Positions 1 to 11,569 of a DNA stretch of 64,000 nucleotides are shown piece by piece (the stretch's first letter is position 1; every line of letters starts with the position of its first letter). A model generated the notes under the pieces. It was given only the letters and a program-made list of their open reading frames with translations, did no database searches and was not told where the DNA came from. Source of the stretch: Epithemia pelagica. Lineage: Eukaryota; Protista; Bacillariophyta. A program made the position numbers and the translations under genes. The stretch covers positions 1,178,001 through 1,242,000 of the forward strand of contig OX337241.1 of the NCBI GenBank assembly GCA_946965045.2. The letters run 5' to 3'.

Positions 1-33
1 TGCGGACGCACTCGCAACCGCAACGACCAGGCT

Positions 34-1155
34 GTGGACTCTCGCGCCGGTCACTTTCAACGTTGGTCTATCAAGTATGGATATGATACCGAACTTTTCC
101 GGCGACTCAGTGACGGCGAGCGTCTCAACACCCTAGCTCTGTTCCTCCATGACGTTGCCAATGGCCACAATCTGGTTACTACCGACACCCTCACTCCTTC
201 CACCCTCACCAATTATCTGGTGGCCGCCAAACATTACCTACAGTTGGTACGCGGCTGTTTCTTGCAGACTCATTGTCCCGAAAACCCCAACAATCTCCAC
301 CCGGTCTTGGCGCACCAACTGGCATTTCGACGCAAGTGGTTTCGTCCTAGCGACCGCCGAGAACCCATCACACATGACATGTTTGCCAACTTGGCCACTC
401 GCGTCCACCTTCTGCTGGACGCGTCCCCGGCCTCTCACATATTGTTTCTCCCAACCGTATACGATTGGCTCTGTTTGGGCATTTTCACTGGATCCCGTGC
501 AGGCGAATATGCCCAGACCAATGGCTTGAAGCACCAGTACTCTCCAGTCCCCCATTGTCCCAACGATCCTTCCTGGGTTGGCAAGCCCATAGCGTTTGTT
601 GCCTCTGATTTCACTTTCCTCACGGCGCAGAACCAAGAAATCACGGCCGCACGAGCACCGGCTCATCTTTCCTTGGTCGCCGTCCGCATTCGCTTCAGAC
701 ATGACAAAAGCAAACGGAATTTTACCACGCGCACCTTTCAACGGGCGCAACACCCTTTTCTGTGTCCCCTGCAAGCCACACTTCGCATCCTTATCAGGGC
801 CCAAACACTTCATCTGCCCCCTTCGGAGCCTCTGGCCTGCTACAAGGAGACCTTGTCCTCGCCGACACCTGTGTACCTCACCTCGGCCGTTATTGTTGCC
901 GAACTTCGCAAAACCTGTGTGTTAGCGTACCCCGATCCTTCTCATTATCACCGGCGCCACATCAAATGCTTAGTCGCTCACTCTACGCGAGTTACAGCGG
1001 CCGTTGCTCTTTGGAACTGCGGCGTTCCGCCTGAAACCATCGCGTTCCGCTTGCGATGGACGCAACAGTCCTCGGTGGAGCATTACTTACGCGACTGTTC
1101 TAAGGCTATTGGACCTCTTACCACCAAGGCCATCATGGGGGTTATGTCTATTTAA
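34..1155 (+). CDS. Tyrosine recombinase of a DIRS/Ngaro-like YR element; the 5' part and the rest of the element probably lie upstream of the window
   Basis: Catalytic set in the expected order: GIFTGSRAGEY (R), FRHDKSK (K), HSTRVTAA (HxxR), RLRW (W), EHYLR (Y). The ORF begins at GTG and the frame is open back to the window edge. Confidence 0.85.
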   Translation: MDSRAGHFQRWSIKYGYDTELFRRLSDGERLNTLALFLHDVANGHNLVTTDTLTPSTLTNYLVAAKHYLQLVRGCFLQTHCPENPNNLHPVLAHQLAFRRKWFRPSDRREPITHDMFANLATRVHLLLDASPASHILFLPTVYDWLCLGIFTGSRAGEYAQTNGLKHQYSPVPHCPNDPSWVGKPIAFVASDFTFLTAQNQEITAARAPAHLSLVAVRIRFRHDKSKRNFTTRTFQRAQHPFLCPLQATLRILIRAQTLHLPPSEPLACYKETLSSPTPVYLTSAVIVAELRKTCVLAYPDPSHYHRRHIKCLVAHSTRVTAAVALWNCGVPPETIAFRLRWTQQSSVEHYLRDCSKAIGPLTTKAIMGVMSI

Positions 1156-1592
1156 CGTAAACAAATCTTTCTCGTCATACGTTTCTCTTCCACGGCGACA
1201 CCCCCTTGGGTTCCACGTCCACTGTTATGGGATCTCCACTCCTTGTTCTGTTCGTTGTGTTTAATCCAAAACTTGTCCACGCTTTGTTGGAAGGTCTTCA
1301 GAGACCTGTTTTCCAAAAACGGTTCTTTCTTTTATATACACTGTCTGTTGCAGTGCACTATGTCCATATCTGGATTACTTAAAATTCTCATACACTGACA
1401 CTATCATTCAACGACGACAACTAACATTATCATGCAACAACGACAACTGACAGTACGTTTATTATTACATACAACTACTTACAAGTCACTTACTTGGAAA
1501 TGACGTTTACATTCTAAGGAATCTTGTCTGGACATCAACCGACATTGAATCTTGGAAATGAGTTAAGAACACTGTCGACGTACAGACACTAC

Positions 1593-1820
1593 GTGACTAA
1601 TACTTAAGCCTACCGTCACATTCCGTCAGTACGTTGTACGGGTCTCAATCTACCGATGGGTCGCAGATATGGACGACGGACAGTCAAGAGGTGACTACTA
1701 TTTAAGCCTTCCGTCGCATAGCGTCCGTACGTTGCACGGTTCTAAATCTCAACAACGAGTCGCATATAAGGAGGACGGACAGTCGCGATGTGACCAATAC
1801 TTAAGCCTTTTGTCACATCC
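1593..1820. repeat. Imperfect tandem repeat, about 98-bp unit, about 2.3 copies
   Basis: The motif GTGAC(T/C)A..A(C/T)TTAAGCC recurs at 1593, 1691 and 1790. The first two units also share gtacgttg.acgg, gtcgca.at and gacggacagtc. Confidence 0.7.
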
Positions 1821-2127
1821 AGTCTGTATGTCACCCGTCATGAGTTTTTCTGATTTAGCAGCTCGTTGGCAAACTCAACTCGAGTCCTGTCCGTCGAGCG
1901 TCCGCTGCTTTTCTTCCACCAGCGTCTCCAAATCGCGATATTCTGCGGATACAACCGATACGAGATGCGCCGTTTGTTCAGTCAGCGATCCTCAGTTGAT
2001 CCTTCTTCACTCATTGTACAAATGTGTATCTTTGCTGCCTCTCGTCTCGCTTCGTCCTTCTTTCACTACTCCTTCGCATGCTGGTAGCTGCGGTGGTCGA
2101 GAAGAAGTAGAAGACAGAGTGGCAAGC

Positions 2128-2252
2128 ACGCGAAGGAGTTACACTCCTTAGCGTTCCCTACGTCTGGTCTGGCACACGACAGCTAAGCTGTCAAATGCCA
2201 CAATCAACCAGAAGTAGTAGTCCTCTACATCCTTATCCACACCGCAAGCTAC
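2128..2252. repeat. Left part of a ~170-bp dispersed repeat, split by the AcademH insertion
   Basis: Nearly identical to 43468-43595 (acgcgaaggagttacactccttagcg...ccacaccgcaagctac). It continues at 35441-35483. Confidence 0.9.
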
Positions 2253-2412
2253 TACCCCCCAGCGGGGGTGAGTTTTTAGGATGCTAGAGAGTGAATGCAC
2301 AAAGTGCATTCTCTTACTCACCCCCAAGGCGCGATCTGGCTCACCCGTTTTTGACACAAACTTGCAAACCACACCACAGTCAATCCAGAGGGTAGAGGTG
2401 CAGCAGGTCGTC

Positions 2413-5400
2413 ATGTCGTCTAAGAAGTCATCCTCTTCACACAAACGCCATCGCAAGTCACAAGATGACGTTCGCAAGGTCTACGTTGCTCTCCCGGTCC
2501 GAGAAGAAGTCATAACCGATAGTACAGAAGCCCCATCGAGCCTCGCCGAAAACCCACCTTCATCTTCCTCACACCACAGTGCTGCCACTGGCCCTGACCC
2601 TCCTCCTCCAAGCGAAGGATCGCCTCCTCCTGCTCCCAACGAGATGGACGATTCAAGCCGCGACGATTCAGAGGATAGTAATGAAGACGAGGAGGGAGTG
2701 AATCCCTATGAAACTCTGGATGCTGTCAGACCTCCATTTTCAGCCGCCATCCTACAAGCACAACAAGATAACAACAACTACTCAGGACCGTCCACATTTG
2801 TACCGAGTGGTGACGCAAGTGATTTGTCCACCATTCCCTCGACTACCGATCACAGTCAGCAACAAAAACCGCCCCCACAAATGGATTCTTTCTTGGCTGC
2901 CTTCCCTTCTTCGAATGTTGCTTCTTCCCCATCAACCGAAGCACCTTTGTGTAACACCATCAATGCCCATCCACCCGTACCTTCGACGCATAACAGGCTT
3001 TCGGATTTCTCCTTCAATTTGTGGCATCGTCAACAAGTTTTGGCGCAGTTGAGTTCGGCACCCAGACCTCTCCACAGAAATCACTCAATCTTCTGTCTGC
3101 CATCGAAGGCAATGCTGCTCCTCCCGTTTCCTCCGCCCCAACTGCGGCCGACAGTGATGCCTCCTCTGCACCTAACCACCCCCCCCCCCCCCCCCCCCAC
3201 CACCACCACAACCCTTGGTCTGACACGGGTTCCTCCTCAGGCACAACGAACCACAGGTGTGGCTCACCCGAATCTTAAAGTAAAGGCACGAAAGGTAGAG
3301 GAGGGTGCCTTTCTCCTTCCATTGCGCCGCATCTCTCCTCTGTCATGCAACAACCCTGGACCCTCTACGGACAACATTCCCTTGGTTGTTGTTACTCCCA
3401 CCCATCTTGGTCCCAACAAGTCCCTCGGTTTAGTTAAAAACCACTGTTCCTTGCTCCTCAAAAGAGCCAAGAACTACTCAAAAGGCGTTGGCAGGTCTCC
3501 TACTGGTGTAAAAAAAAAACGGCGTTACCAAGACAACAAGAGCAACAAGCGCAAACACCAGGAATCTACGGCTTCTGAAGATCCCTCCAGTACCTCGTCC
3601 GACCAACACTCCCTGCAAGTTGTGACTTCGTTTTCCATGAGGACTCTTCTCCTGGAGGATCTCTGGTTCTTGAAAGAAGGCACTCCTGTTGCCCTGTTTT
3701 TCCATGACGAATCACTCCCACCGCGCTATGCCAAGAAATGGATGAAGATATGGAATGATACATTGCAATCAATGCATCTTCCACAAGTACTCTGTCAAGG
3801 TCGGTCATTTAAGCAATTGACTGGTTGGGTTTATCTCAACCCGGATGATCGAAGGTCCAAGGTCGTAGGCCTTCACCCCTATCCCGAGATTGAGGAGGCT
3901 CTCAAGGAAGTCCATCAACATGGTCTACATTTAAAATTTCCATACATTCCGCCCTCCTCCAACTTCAATTTAACCAATCCGCCAACGGACTGTATTCCGG
4001 AGTTGTTGTGTTGGTTCGAGGTCTTCCAGTTCCCTCAATCTATCTTCGTACAGGCCGACTATCACCCCAAACGACCCTGGCTTACTCAGTTTCGTGGGCT
4101 GAAAGCAAGTGGAGACGACCGATCAACCCTCCTTCATTGTTTGGTTCAAGAAACACCCGGTGACCGGTATATGTTGTCGGACTTGCGGCATGTCTGGGAG
4201 CATTGCAAATCAACAATTGTCCTAAATGACCTCAAGCAAGAGCACGAATCCGCCATTGCTTCCCTTCGCGAAGAACTCACCAACGCTGTTCCTCCACCAT
4301 TCATTGAACCAGATGTCATCAAGGACTTTTGCGAGAAGGTTGACAAACGAATCTTAGATAGAATGGAGGATTGCTTTGGTCGTTTTTGTAATATATTTGA
4401 CAAGTTCCTCTCAGAGAGTGAAACGAGAGAACTTGCAAATGATTTTGAGCGAATGCTTCCGGTGCATTTCAACAGCCTCATGGGCTCGAGTGGCTATACC
4501 AAGAAATTAGAAGAGGCCTCTGTTAGTTCCGAAGGTCCGAGTTTGATGCGCCAACGGTTTTCACTTGATGTACTCTTCCAGTTCATCCTCAAAGCTCGGA
4601 AGCAGAACAACCACCGCTTGGTCCCCTTCGCCATGGTTTTTACAATGGGGCAATACGCCTGTGGCCACCCTCTATTGGCAATGCAAATTCCTGTTTGGTT
4701 GGGACTGTCTGTGTCCAAAAGAACTATGGAACGTCGTATACAACCTTGGCTGGATACGTATGAAAATCGGACGAAGAAGGCCATTCGTCGTGTTACAAGT
4801 CTCCTTTGCGTCTTTGACAACTTGCAAGACGGTAGAAGACTACAGTTCCAGCATGGTGAGAGTTCTACGTTCACACGGGTGACCGCTAGATTCATGATGA
4901 CAATGTATCTGTCGAAGTTCCCACAATGGGTTTATTCTTTCATGGAGCGTCCCTCCATGACATCCATTCAGCAATCAATACCCGCTGCCTTCAACATGCC
5001 GGCCTTTGAACAATCACCGGATACCGCTTGGTACGATGTCCTAAAGTCAATGTTTTTCGGCACGTACATCAGTGATACACAACAACATGGCAATCCATTT
5101 GACTGTTCGGGCAAGAGGGTACGTTACTACCAACAAATTCGTAGTTGCTGTCGGGAACTTGGGACAATCAAGCGTTATTTATCAACAAGACGACAGTTGG
5201 ATTCCAATGTTGACTATACTTTGCAGCCTATTGTTTTCGCCCGTAATGCCTGTCGTCAAACTGTCTGTCGCAGTATGAACAAGCTAAGGAAGAACCGCCA
5301 AGGCAATATCTTTGCCATTGCAAAACAGTTTCCTTCGAAGGTCGTGCAGACATGGCGTAGCACTCCCCCTGCGGCTGAATTATTGATACTTCCTGTCTCA

Positions 5401-5547
5401 GTTTTAGACGAGACTACCAAAACAGGAGCGTCAGGAATTGTCCTAGACTTTATGGTGTTGCATGGCCTCCTCGAATGGAACCATGCTACTACAATGTACG
5501 AACCGCGTGATGGATGGGATCAGAAATGGCTCTTTATTGTTGGCGAT
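2413..5547 (+). pseudogene. Academ-like (DUF6589-like) transposase, N-terminal part, interrupted by the Plavaka insertion
   Basis: Part of ORF 2281-5568; the likely start is MSSKK at 2413. Contains VFDNLQ and ends WLFIVGD at the insertion point. Joins in frame to 30884. Confidence 0.8.
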
Positions 5548-5595
5548 GCGTCTAAGGAGGTTTTTTGAAGATAAGTGACTGGAATTCCACCAACA

Positions 5596-5776
5596 GGCGC
5601 GTGACACACGCCCAATAGGCGCGTGCAGCACCCCCAGAACACGGATCACGCGCATTTGGCGCGTACGAAGCGCGTGGCGCTCCAGATTGCGCGTGAATGC
5701 GCGTGAAACGTGTAGACAACGCGTGAAACGTGTTGACACCCGCGTGAACATGTTTATTGTATGTGGAAACGCGTGC
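5596..5776. repeat. Subterminal cluster of CGCGTG motifs
   Basis: About 8 CGCGTG copies plus one CACGCG within 180 bp of the left TIR. One further GCGCGTG lies about 10 bp inside the right TIR. Confidence 0.7.
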
Positions 5777-6077
5777 ACAGAGCCTAACCTTTGCCTAGAT
5801 ACCTAACTACTAGCTACACATATAACACCTAGTATTCCAGTCGCACGTAAACTCCAAAAGCGACCCACAAATTTCTCCTCCACCACCAAATCACGTCACA
5901 GTGACATACGAAGAACAATGGACACAAAATCACAGAAGAACGCTGAAAATTAGATTTTCCTCACACAACAACCACACAAAAGATATACTCTCCCACTTTT
6001 GTGATCACTTTTTGACGATAGTGTCATAGAGTGCCTCATCCAACTCACACCAACCCCCAACGCCCCAAAAAACACAC

Positions 6078-6141
6078 AGCAGCAGCAACAACAACAACAA
6101 CAACAACACAACAGCAACAACAACAACAACAGCTACAACAA
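6078..6141. repeat. (CAG/CAA)n microsatellite
   Basis: Direct reading: cagcagcagcaacaacaacaac... Confidence 0.9.
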
Positions 6142-6192
6142 ACAGGCGAACACAAAGAGAATCATTTCCTTTTTCAAATTGGAAAGGTGCTA

Positions 6193-6925
6193 GGTAAGCC
6201 AAGTCGACAAGACAACAGTGAGAGTTCGTTTTGTCGTTTTCCTATATGCCCACTAATCATTTTCTTCTGTTTCCATGAAAACCCAACCATGTGATCGCTG
6301 TTTGGCAACTATTTCTTCCCTCCTATCATCCCACAAGACAATTTTCAACGCTTTGAACGACTGGATGGTGGTTCTGTTTGAAAAAGGGCGAAGACACCAA
6401 GTTGGTGCACCCATTTCATTCTCCCATCAATTTCCATCGACCAAAACTGGTTGGATTGCTGGATTGCCGCTGCTTCTTCCCTCCTATTATCCCAGAAGAC
6501 CATTTTCAACGATCTGAACGGTCGGATTGGTGAGGATTCTATTGAACAAAGGGCAAAAAGGTAAGCCAAGTCGACAAGACAACAGTGAGAGTTCGTTTTG
6601 TCGTTTTCCTACATGCCCACTAATCATTTTCTTCTGTTTCCATGAAAACCCAACCATGTGATCGCTGTTTGGCAACTATTTCTTCCCTCCTATCATCCCA
6701 CAAGACAATTTTCAACGCTTTGAACGACTGGATTGGTGGTTCTGTTTGAAAAAGGGCAAAGACACCAAGTTGGTGCACCCATTTCATTCTCCCATCAATT
6801 CCATCGACCAAAACTGGTTGGATTGCTGGATTGCCGCTGCTTCTTCCCTCCTATTATCCCAGAAGACCATTTTCAACGATCTGAACGGTCGGATTGGTGA
6901 GGATTCTATTGAACAAAGGGCAAAA
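6193..6925. repeat. Tandem duplication of about 367-368 bp (2 copies), containing a diverged 105-bp monomer
   Basis: ggtaagccaagtcgacaagacaacagtgagag occurs at 6193 and 6560, and gacaccaagttggtgcaccc at 6393 and 6761. Confidence 0.9.
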
Positions 6926-8342
6926 GACACCAAGTTGGTGCACCCTCTTCCTTTACCCCTCCATCTCCATCGACCAAGACCCTGTTGGATTGCTGTGTTG
7001 CTACCCCTTCTCAATTGGAACAAGGGCCGAGACACCAAGTTGGTGCACCCATTTCCTTCACCCCTCCATTTCCATCGATTAAAACCCTGTTGGATTGCTG
7101 TGTTGCTACTCCTTCTCGATTGGAACAAGGGCCGAGACACCAAGTTGGTGCACCCATTTCCTTCACCCCTCCATTTCCATCAACCAAGACCCTGTTGGAT
7201 TGCTGTGTTGCTACTCATTCCCGATTGGAACAAGGGCTGAGACACCAAGTTGGTGCACCCTCTTCCTTCACCCCTCCATCTCCATCGACCAAGACCCTGT
7301 TGGATTGCTGTGTTGCTACTCCTTCCCGATTGGAACAAGGGCTGAGACACCAAGTTGGTGCACCCATTTCCTTCACCCCTCCATTTCCATCGACCAAGAC
7401 CCCGTTGGATTGCTGTGTTGCTACTCCTTCTTGATTGGAACAAGGGCTGAGACACCAAGTTGGTGCACACATTTCCTTCACCCCTCCATTTCCATCGACC
7501 AAGACCCCGTTGGATTGCTGTGTTGCTACTCCTTCTTGATTGGAACAAGGGCTGAGACACCAAGTTGGTGCACACATTTCCTTCACCCCTCCATTTCCAT
7601 CGACCAAGACCCCGTTGGATTGCTGTGTTGCTACTCCTTCCCGATTGGAACAAGGGCTGAGACACCAAGTTGGTGCACCCATTTCCTTCACCCCTCCATC
7701 TCCATCGACCAAGACCGTGTTGGATTGCCGTGTTGCTACTCCTTCCCGATTGGAACAAGGGCCGAGACACCAAGTTGGTGCACCCATTTCCTTCACCCCT
7801 CCATCTCCATCGACCTTGACCCTGTTGGATTGCTGTGTTGCTACTCCTTCCTGATTGGAATAAGGGCCGAGACACCAAGTTGGTGCACCCATTTCCTTCA
7901 CCCCTCCATCTCCATCGACCTTGACCCTGTTGGATTGCTGTGTTGCCACTCCTTCTCGATTGGAACAAGGATCAAGACACCAAGTTGGTGCACCCAATTT
8001 TCACTCCTCCATCACCATCGACCAAGACCTTGTTGGATTGCTGTGTTGCTACTCCTTCCCTATTGGAACAAGGGCCGAGACACCAAGTTGGTGCACCCCT
8101 CTCCATCCCTCCTTCATCTACATCGACCAAGAAGACCCCATTGGATTGCTATATCTTGATTGGTGGTTCTGTTGAAGGGCCGAGACACCAAGTTGTTGCG
8201 CCCCCATACTTCTATCTTCTATCTCTATCGACCAAGACCCTATTGGATTGTTGTATTTGCTACTGATTCTTGACTGGAAGGACCGAGACATCAAGTTGGT
8301 ACACCCATATCCCTCACTCCTCCATCCCTATCGACCAAGACC
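6926..8342. repeat. Tandem array, 105-bp unit, about 13.5 copies
   Basis: gacaccaagttggtgcac recurs at 6926, 7031, 7136, 7241 and onward at 105-bp spacing. The last copies are degenerate. Confidence 0.95.
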
Positions 8343-8460
8343 CTCCAGGGTTTCCATCACGCAAGCTTGAGAAACGGTAGTATCAAGTTGCATCGGAACC
8401 CTGCATCGAAAGAAAATTTCTCCTCGTTTCTTCCCCAAGCTGATTGAATCGCACGTTAAT

Positions 8461-11400
8461 ATGGCTGATTCGGTAGAAGATTCCGATCGATATTTCCCAG
8501 ACTTGATATGTTATGAATATACAATCGAGTGGTATCGTTCTGTTTATTCCAACACTGATAATTGGACAGATTTCTCCACTACATATGGAGGTGAAACCAT
8601 ATTCGTATCCCTCTTGCGCTGTGGATCAAGTATTTTCAGTGATATCGCCTCGCATGCTGCTGTTTGTTTCCCGAAGATACTGAGACTTGTAGAGACGATC
8701 GAAGAACAACAAGAGGGAAACAAGAGTGACGGAGCTGGTAGTTTTATTTCACCAGGAATCGACCTATTCGAACAAACTCTATATGGAGACGCACTTCGTC
8801 TGTGGGACAAGGAATTCCCGTCAACGACAAGATCAAAGTCGAGCGCAAGCTTTACTCGATCCCTCAAGGTGTTTCTTGGAGCTCATCCTATGCTCGCTGA
8901 TATTGTCCTCAACTCGTATTCGATGGAGAGACGGCTTAATGTCGTGGCTGCAAAAATATTGGACTACATGACGTCTGATAGATCGAAGTTTCGGAAAGAC
9001 AGAACAATAGCAGTCCGAGAAATGGTTTGGAGCGTTCAACATATGGCAGCTGTCTATCGGGTATTGGAATCTGACTCCTATGAAATGGAAGGAGTCGATG
9101 TTGAAAAAGCATTAGCCCTTACACTTCCTGATTGCTGGTTTCGTCCTTATTTTGACATACCAAGAGCTGCTAAGTATCCCGCGAACGACTATTCCAATTT
9201 GGCGGTTCTAATTTCATATTACCAGACGATGGAACGGGAATACGCTACAAAGACGAAGGAGTATCAGAAGGGGCGACATGAACAACGATCTCAAGACAGG
9301 AAACGCCGTAAACGAGCGTCAGACAGTAGATGTGATGGTGCAACAAGTTCTACCATTTTCACTGTTTCAAATAACGAGAGCAAATCACCATCTCAGTCTC
9401 TGTCGGCGACTGAGGAGGATCGGAGTTCCATTTTTGATACTCTTGCATTGAAAAAGAAACCACAAAAAGGAAAACAAGCGACGACAAAAAAAACTTCCTC
9501 TCAATCAAAGGTGGGTCTGTTGGAAAGTAAATCACATGTTGACCACGGTAGCGACAAACCTAAAGGAATACCAAAGAAACCACCTCCTCTCAAGAATAAA
9601 CCTGGTCCATCAGACGACCTTGCATCTTTCACTAACGACCGTTTGATTCATATGGCTAACTGGTCCCTCAAACAGTCGATGTCAGCGATCAATGAAGCTT
9701 GGGATCTCTGTAAAGAAAGTGCCGTTCGACGTAAGGGAAGCATCCATGAAGTTGTTTTGCGATTTGTCTTTACCTGTGCTTGCTGTAACAACAAGAATGG
9801 TTCTCTACAACATGACAATGGGAAAATGGACGTCCTTTTTGTCCCACATCGCCAGTACAGACGAAACCTTTTGCTACGGACGAATACTCAAGAGACGACT
9901 GAGTTTAAGGGGATCCCTCCCCTCATATTCAGGTCGATGCTTGTGCTGGTGGTTCATAAATGGCACAACAAGTCCGTTTGCTTTGAGCAAATTGACGAAG
10001 ATAGTCTGAGAATGGACACAACGACTGCAATGGATTTGAGTTCGTCATCTTCCGATACTACATTGGTCGTCGTCACTACCAAGTATGAAGCTTTTGATCC
10101 CGTCTTAATCCTCTTACAAGCACATCAAAGAGAAGTGTTGATATTTGATCCATTATCGACAAGGGATATTCGCTCGTGGAGGCCTACAGTGATTCGATGT
10201 CTACGGAAACTAAGGCTATTGGACGACGAAAAGAAAATCCAATCATTCTTGAGCGTTGATATAAAGGAAGAGCTCGTTGGATGTGACTGGAGATTCATTT
10301 ATAAGAAGTATCCGAATCCGGTGGCACCAAGTGCGTGTACGCTTCCCCAAGTATCAATCATATGTGTGATCGACGAGATCCTGTCAAAGGCGTCCCCTAA
10401 TATGTCCTGTGATCAGATGATGGGGAAATGGGCTCAAGAATTGCCATCGTGTAGGCGAGAATGTCACAAGGCCTGCAATCATATCGTGAGTACGGCTATC
10501 AATAAAGCGAAACGTGATTCGACTCTGCGTGTATGTTTCAAGGACGTTAATGACGATACACGTCCAAGGATCAAACGCAGTCGCCGGTTTATAATGGAAG
10601 GGAAAGATCGAGGGGAGGTAATGGAAGATATGCTGGATTCCGACGATGAACGATTCGAGGACATTAAAGTGATACAAGAGATTACAGAAGCGGACAAGGC
10701 GCTCGAACGACTTCACGAAGATCGGCGATTTTTGGATCTGGTACGAACATTGAACGATGAAGATCAGAAAGAGGCACTCTGTTCCACTTGTGGGACTTCA
10801 TTGCTTAAAAAGGATCTGGATAGAAGTCAGACCTTTTCTATCGTGAGTTGGACAAGGCAAGAAACCTCCAACTGTCCTCATTATCATTGTCCAACATGTA
10901 CTTTCATCCGGAATTCGGTGAAGAATCGATTTTGTTCCATATGCGGTCATATGCATGCTGAGCTAATACGACACGATCTACATGAGACAGAATTAATCGC
11001 GAAGAAAGACAAGACAATCGTCCTAGATGAATATGATGAAGACTCCGAACAATATTGTGCCATATGCCATGGACAGCGTCCTAACGACTGTCGGATCGAG
11101 AGATGCGGGCACAAGTTTTGTCGGGTGTGTCTTGGTCAAGTCCTTACCACCGAAAAACAAGTTCCTATGGGGAAACAGAAATCGACACCTCCTGAAATGA
11201 ACGAGAGTTGCCCTTTGTGCAACGGAGATATTGCTTCAATTACGTACACCAATGTACATGATGGTTCAGTTGAAGAAGTTGGCGTGTCAAAAGAGGAACA
11301 TCGTGGTCTCTACAGACCGGTCCCTGTATTTCCAGAGACAGCATGGGGTCGTGTACCGTTGGAAACTCTCCGTTTCATGAGTAAAAAACAGCAAAAGGAG

Positions 11401-11472
11401 AAGAATAGGAGAGACCAAACTGCATCTTCTACTGTCACGATCAGTAACACAGAAGCGAAAAGGCAAGTCTGA
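8461..11472 (+). CDS. Large cargo protein with two C3HC4 RING-like fingers; probably exon 1 (8461-11462) of a RING-TET/JBP fusion
   Basis: 1003-aa ORF with CSTC...CPHYHCPTC...CSIC and CAIC...CGHKFCRVC...CPLC, and basic NLS-like patches. Confidence 0.75.
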   Translation: MADSVEDSDRYFPDLICYEYTIEWYRSVYSNTDNWTDFSTTYGGETIFVSLLRCGSSIFSDIASHAAVCFPKILRLVETIEEQQEGNKSDGAGSFISPGIDLFEQTLYGDALRLWDKEFPSTTRSKSSASFTRSLKVFLGAHPMLADIVLNSYSMERRLNVVAAKILDYMTSDRSKFRKDRTIAVREMVWSVQHMAAVYRVLESDSYEMEGVDVEKALALTLPDCWFRPYFDIPRAAKYPANDYSNLAVLISYYQTMEREYATKTKEYQKGRHEQRSQDRKRRKRASDSRCDGATSSTIFTVSNNESKSPSQSLSATEEDRSSIFDTLALKKKPQKGKQATTKKTSSQSKVGLLESKSHVDHGSDKPKGIPKKPPPLKNKPGPSDDLASFTNDRLIHMANWSLKQSMSAINEAWDLCKESAVRRKGSIHEVVLRFVFTCACCNNKNGSLQHDNGKMDVLFVPHRQYRRNLLLRTNTQETTEFKGIPPLIFRSMLVLVVHKWHNKSVCFEQIDEDSLRMDTTTAMDLSSSSSDTTLVVVTTKYEAFDPVLILLQAHQREVLIFDPLSTRDIRSWRPTVIRCLRKLRLLDDEKKIQSFLSVDIKEELVGCDWRFIYKKYPNPVAPSACTLPQVSIICVIDEILSKASPNMSCDQMMGKWAQELPSCRRECHKACNHIVSTAINKAKRDSTLRVCFKDVNDDTRPRIKRSRRFIMEGKDRGEVMEDMLDSDDERFEDIKVIQEITEADKALERLHEDRRFLDLVRTLNDEDQKEALCSTCGTSLLKKDLDRSQTFSIVSWTRQETSNCPHYHCPTCTFIRNSVKNRFCSICGHMHAELIRHDLHETELIAKKDKTIVLDEYDEDSEQYCAICHGQRPNDCRIERCGHKFCRVCLGQVLTTEKQVPMGKQKSTPPEMNESCPLCNGDIASITYTNVHDGSVEEVGVSKEEHRGLYRPVPVFPETAWGRVPLETLRFMSKKQQKEKNRRDQTASSTVTISNTEAKRQV

Positions 11473-11569
11473 TCTATATTATTAGTACTCTCGATCAAAA
11501 GAAGAGACATTCTAGTTTCAGGTATTTGGCATTTCTATCCGCGTACTAACTATGTCTTTGTACTACAAG

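Noticed and set aside
3014-3280. Alternative-frame ORF 3021-3278 and the ~20-nt C run as a compensating frameshift pair in the Academ transposase
   Set aside because: The region is low complexity, and the correct frame cannot be decided without homologs or reads.
6746-8266. Long repetitive ORFs in several frames on both strands (up to 354 aa)
   Set aside because: The 105-bp unit is a multiple of three, so frames stay open automatically; there is no other sign of coding.
9950-10380. Ulp1-like SUMO protease domain in the RING protein (LIFDPLS)
   Set aside because: No convincing catalytic His or QxNxxDCG motif; it needs an HMM or structure search.
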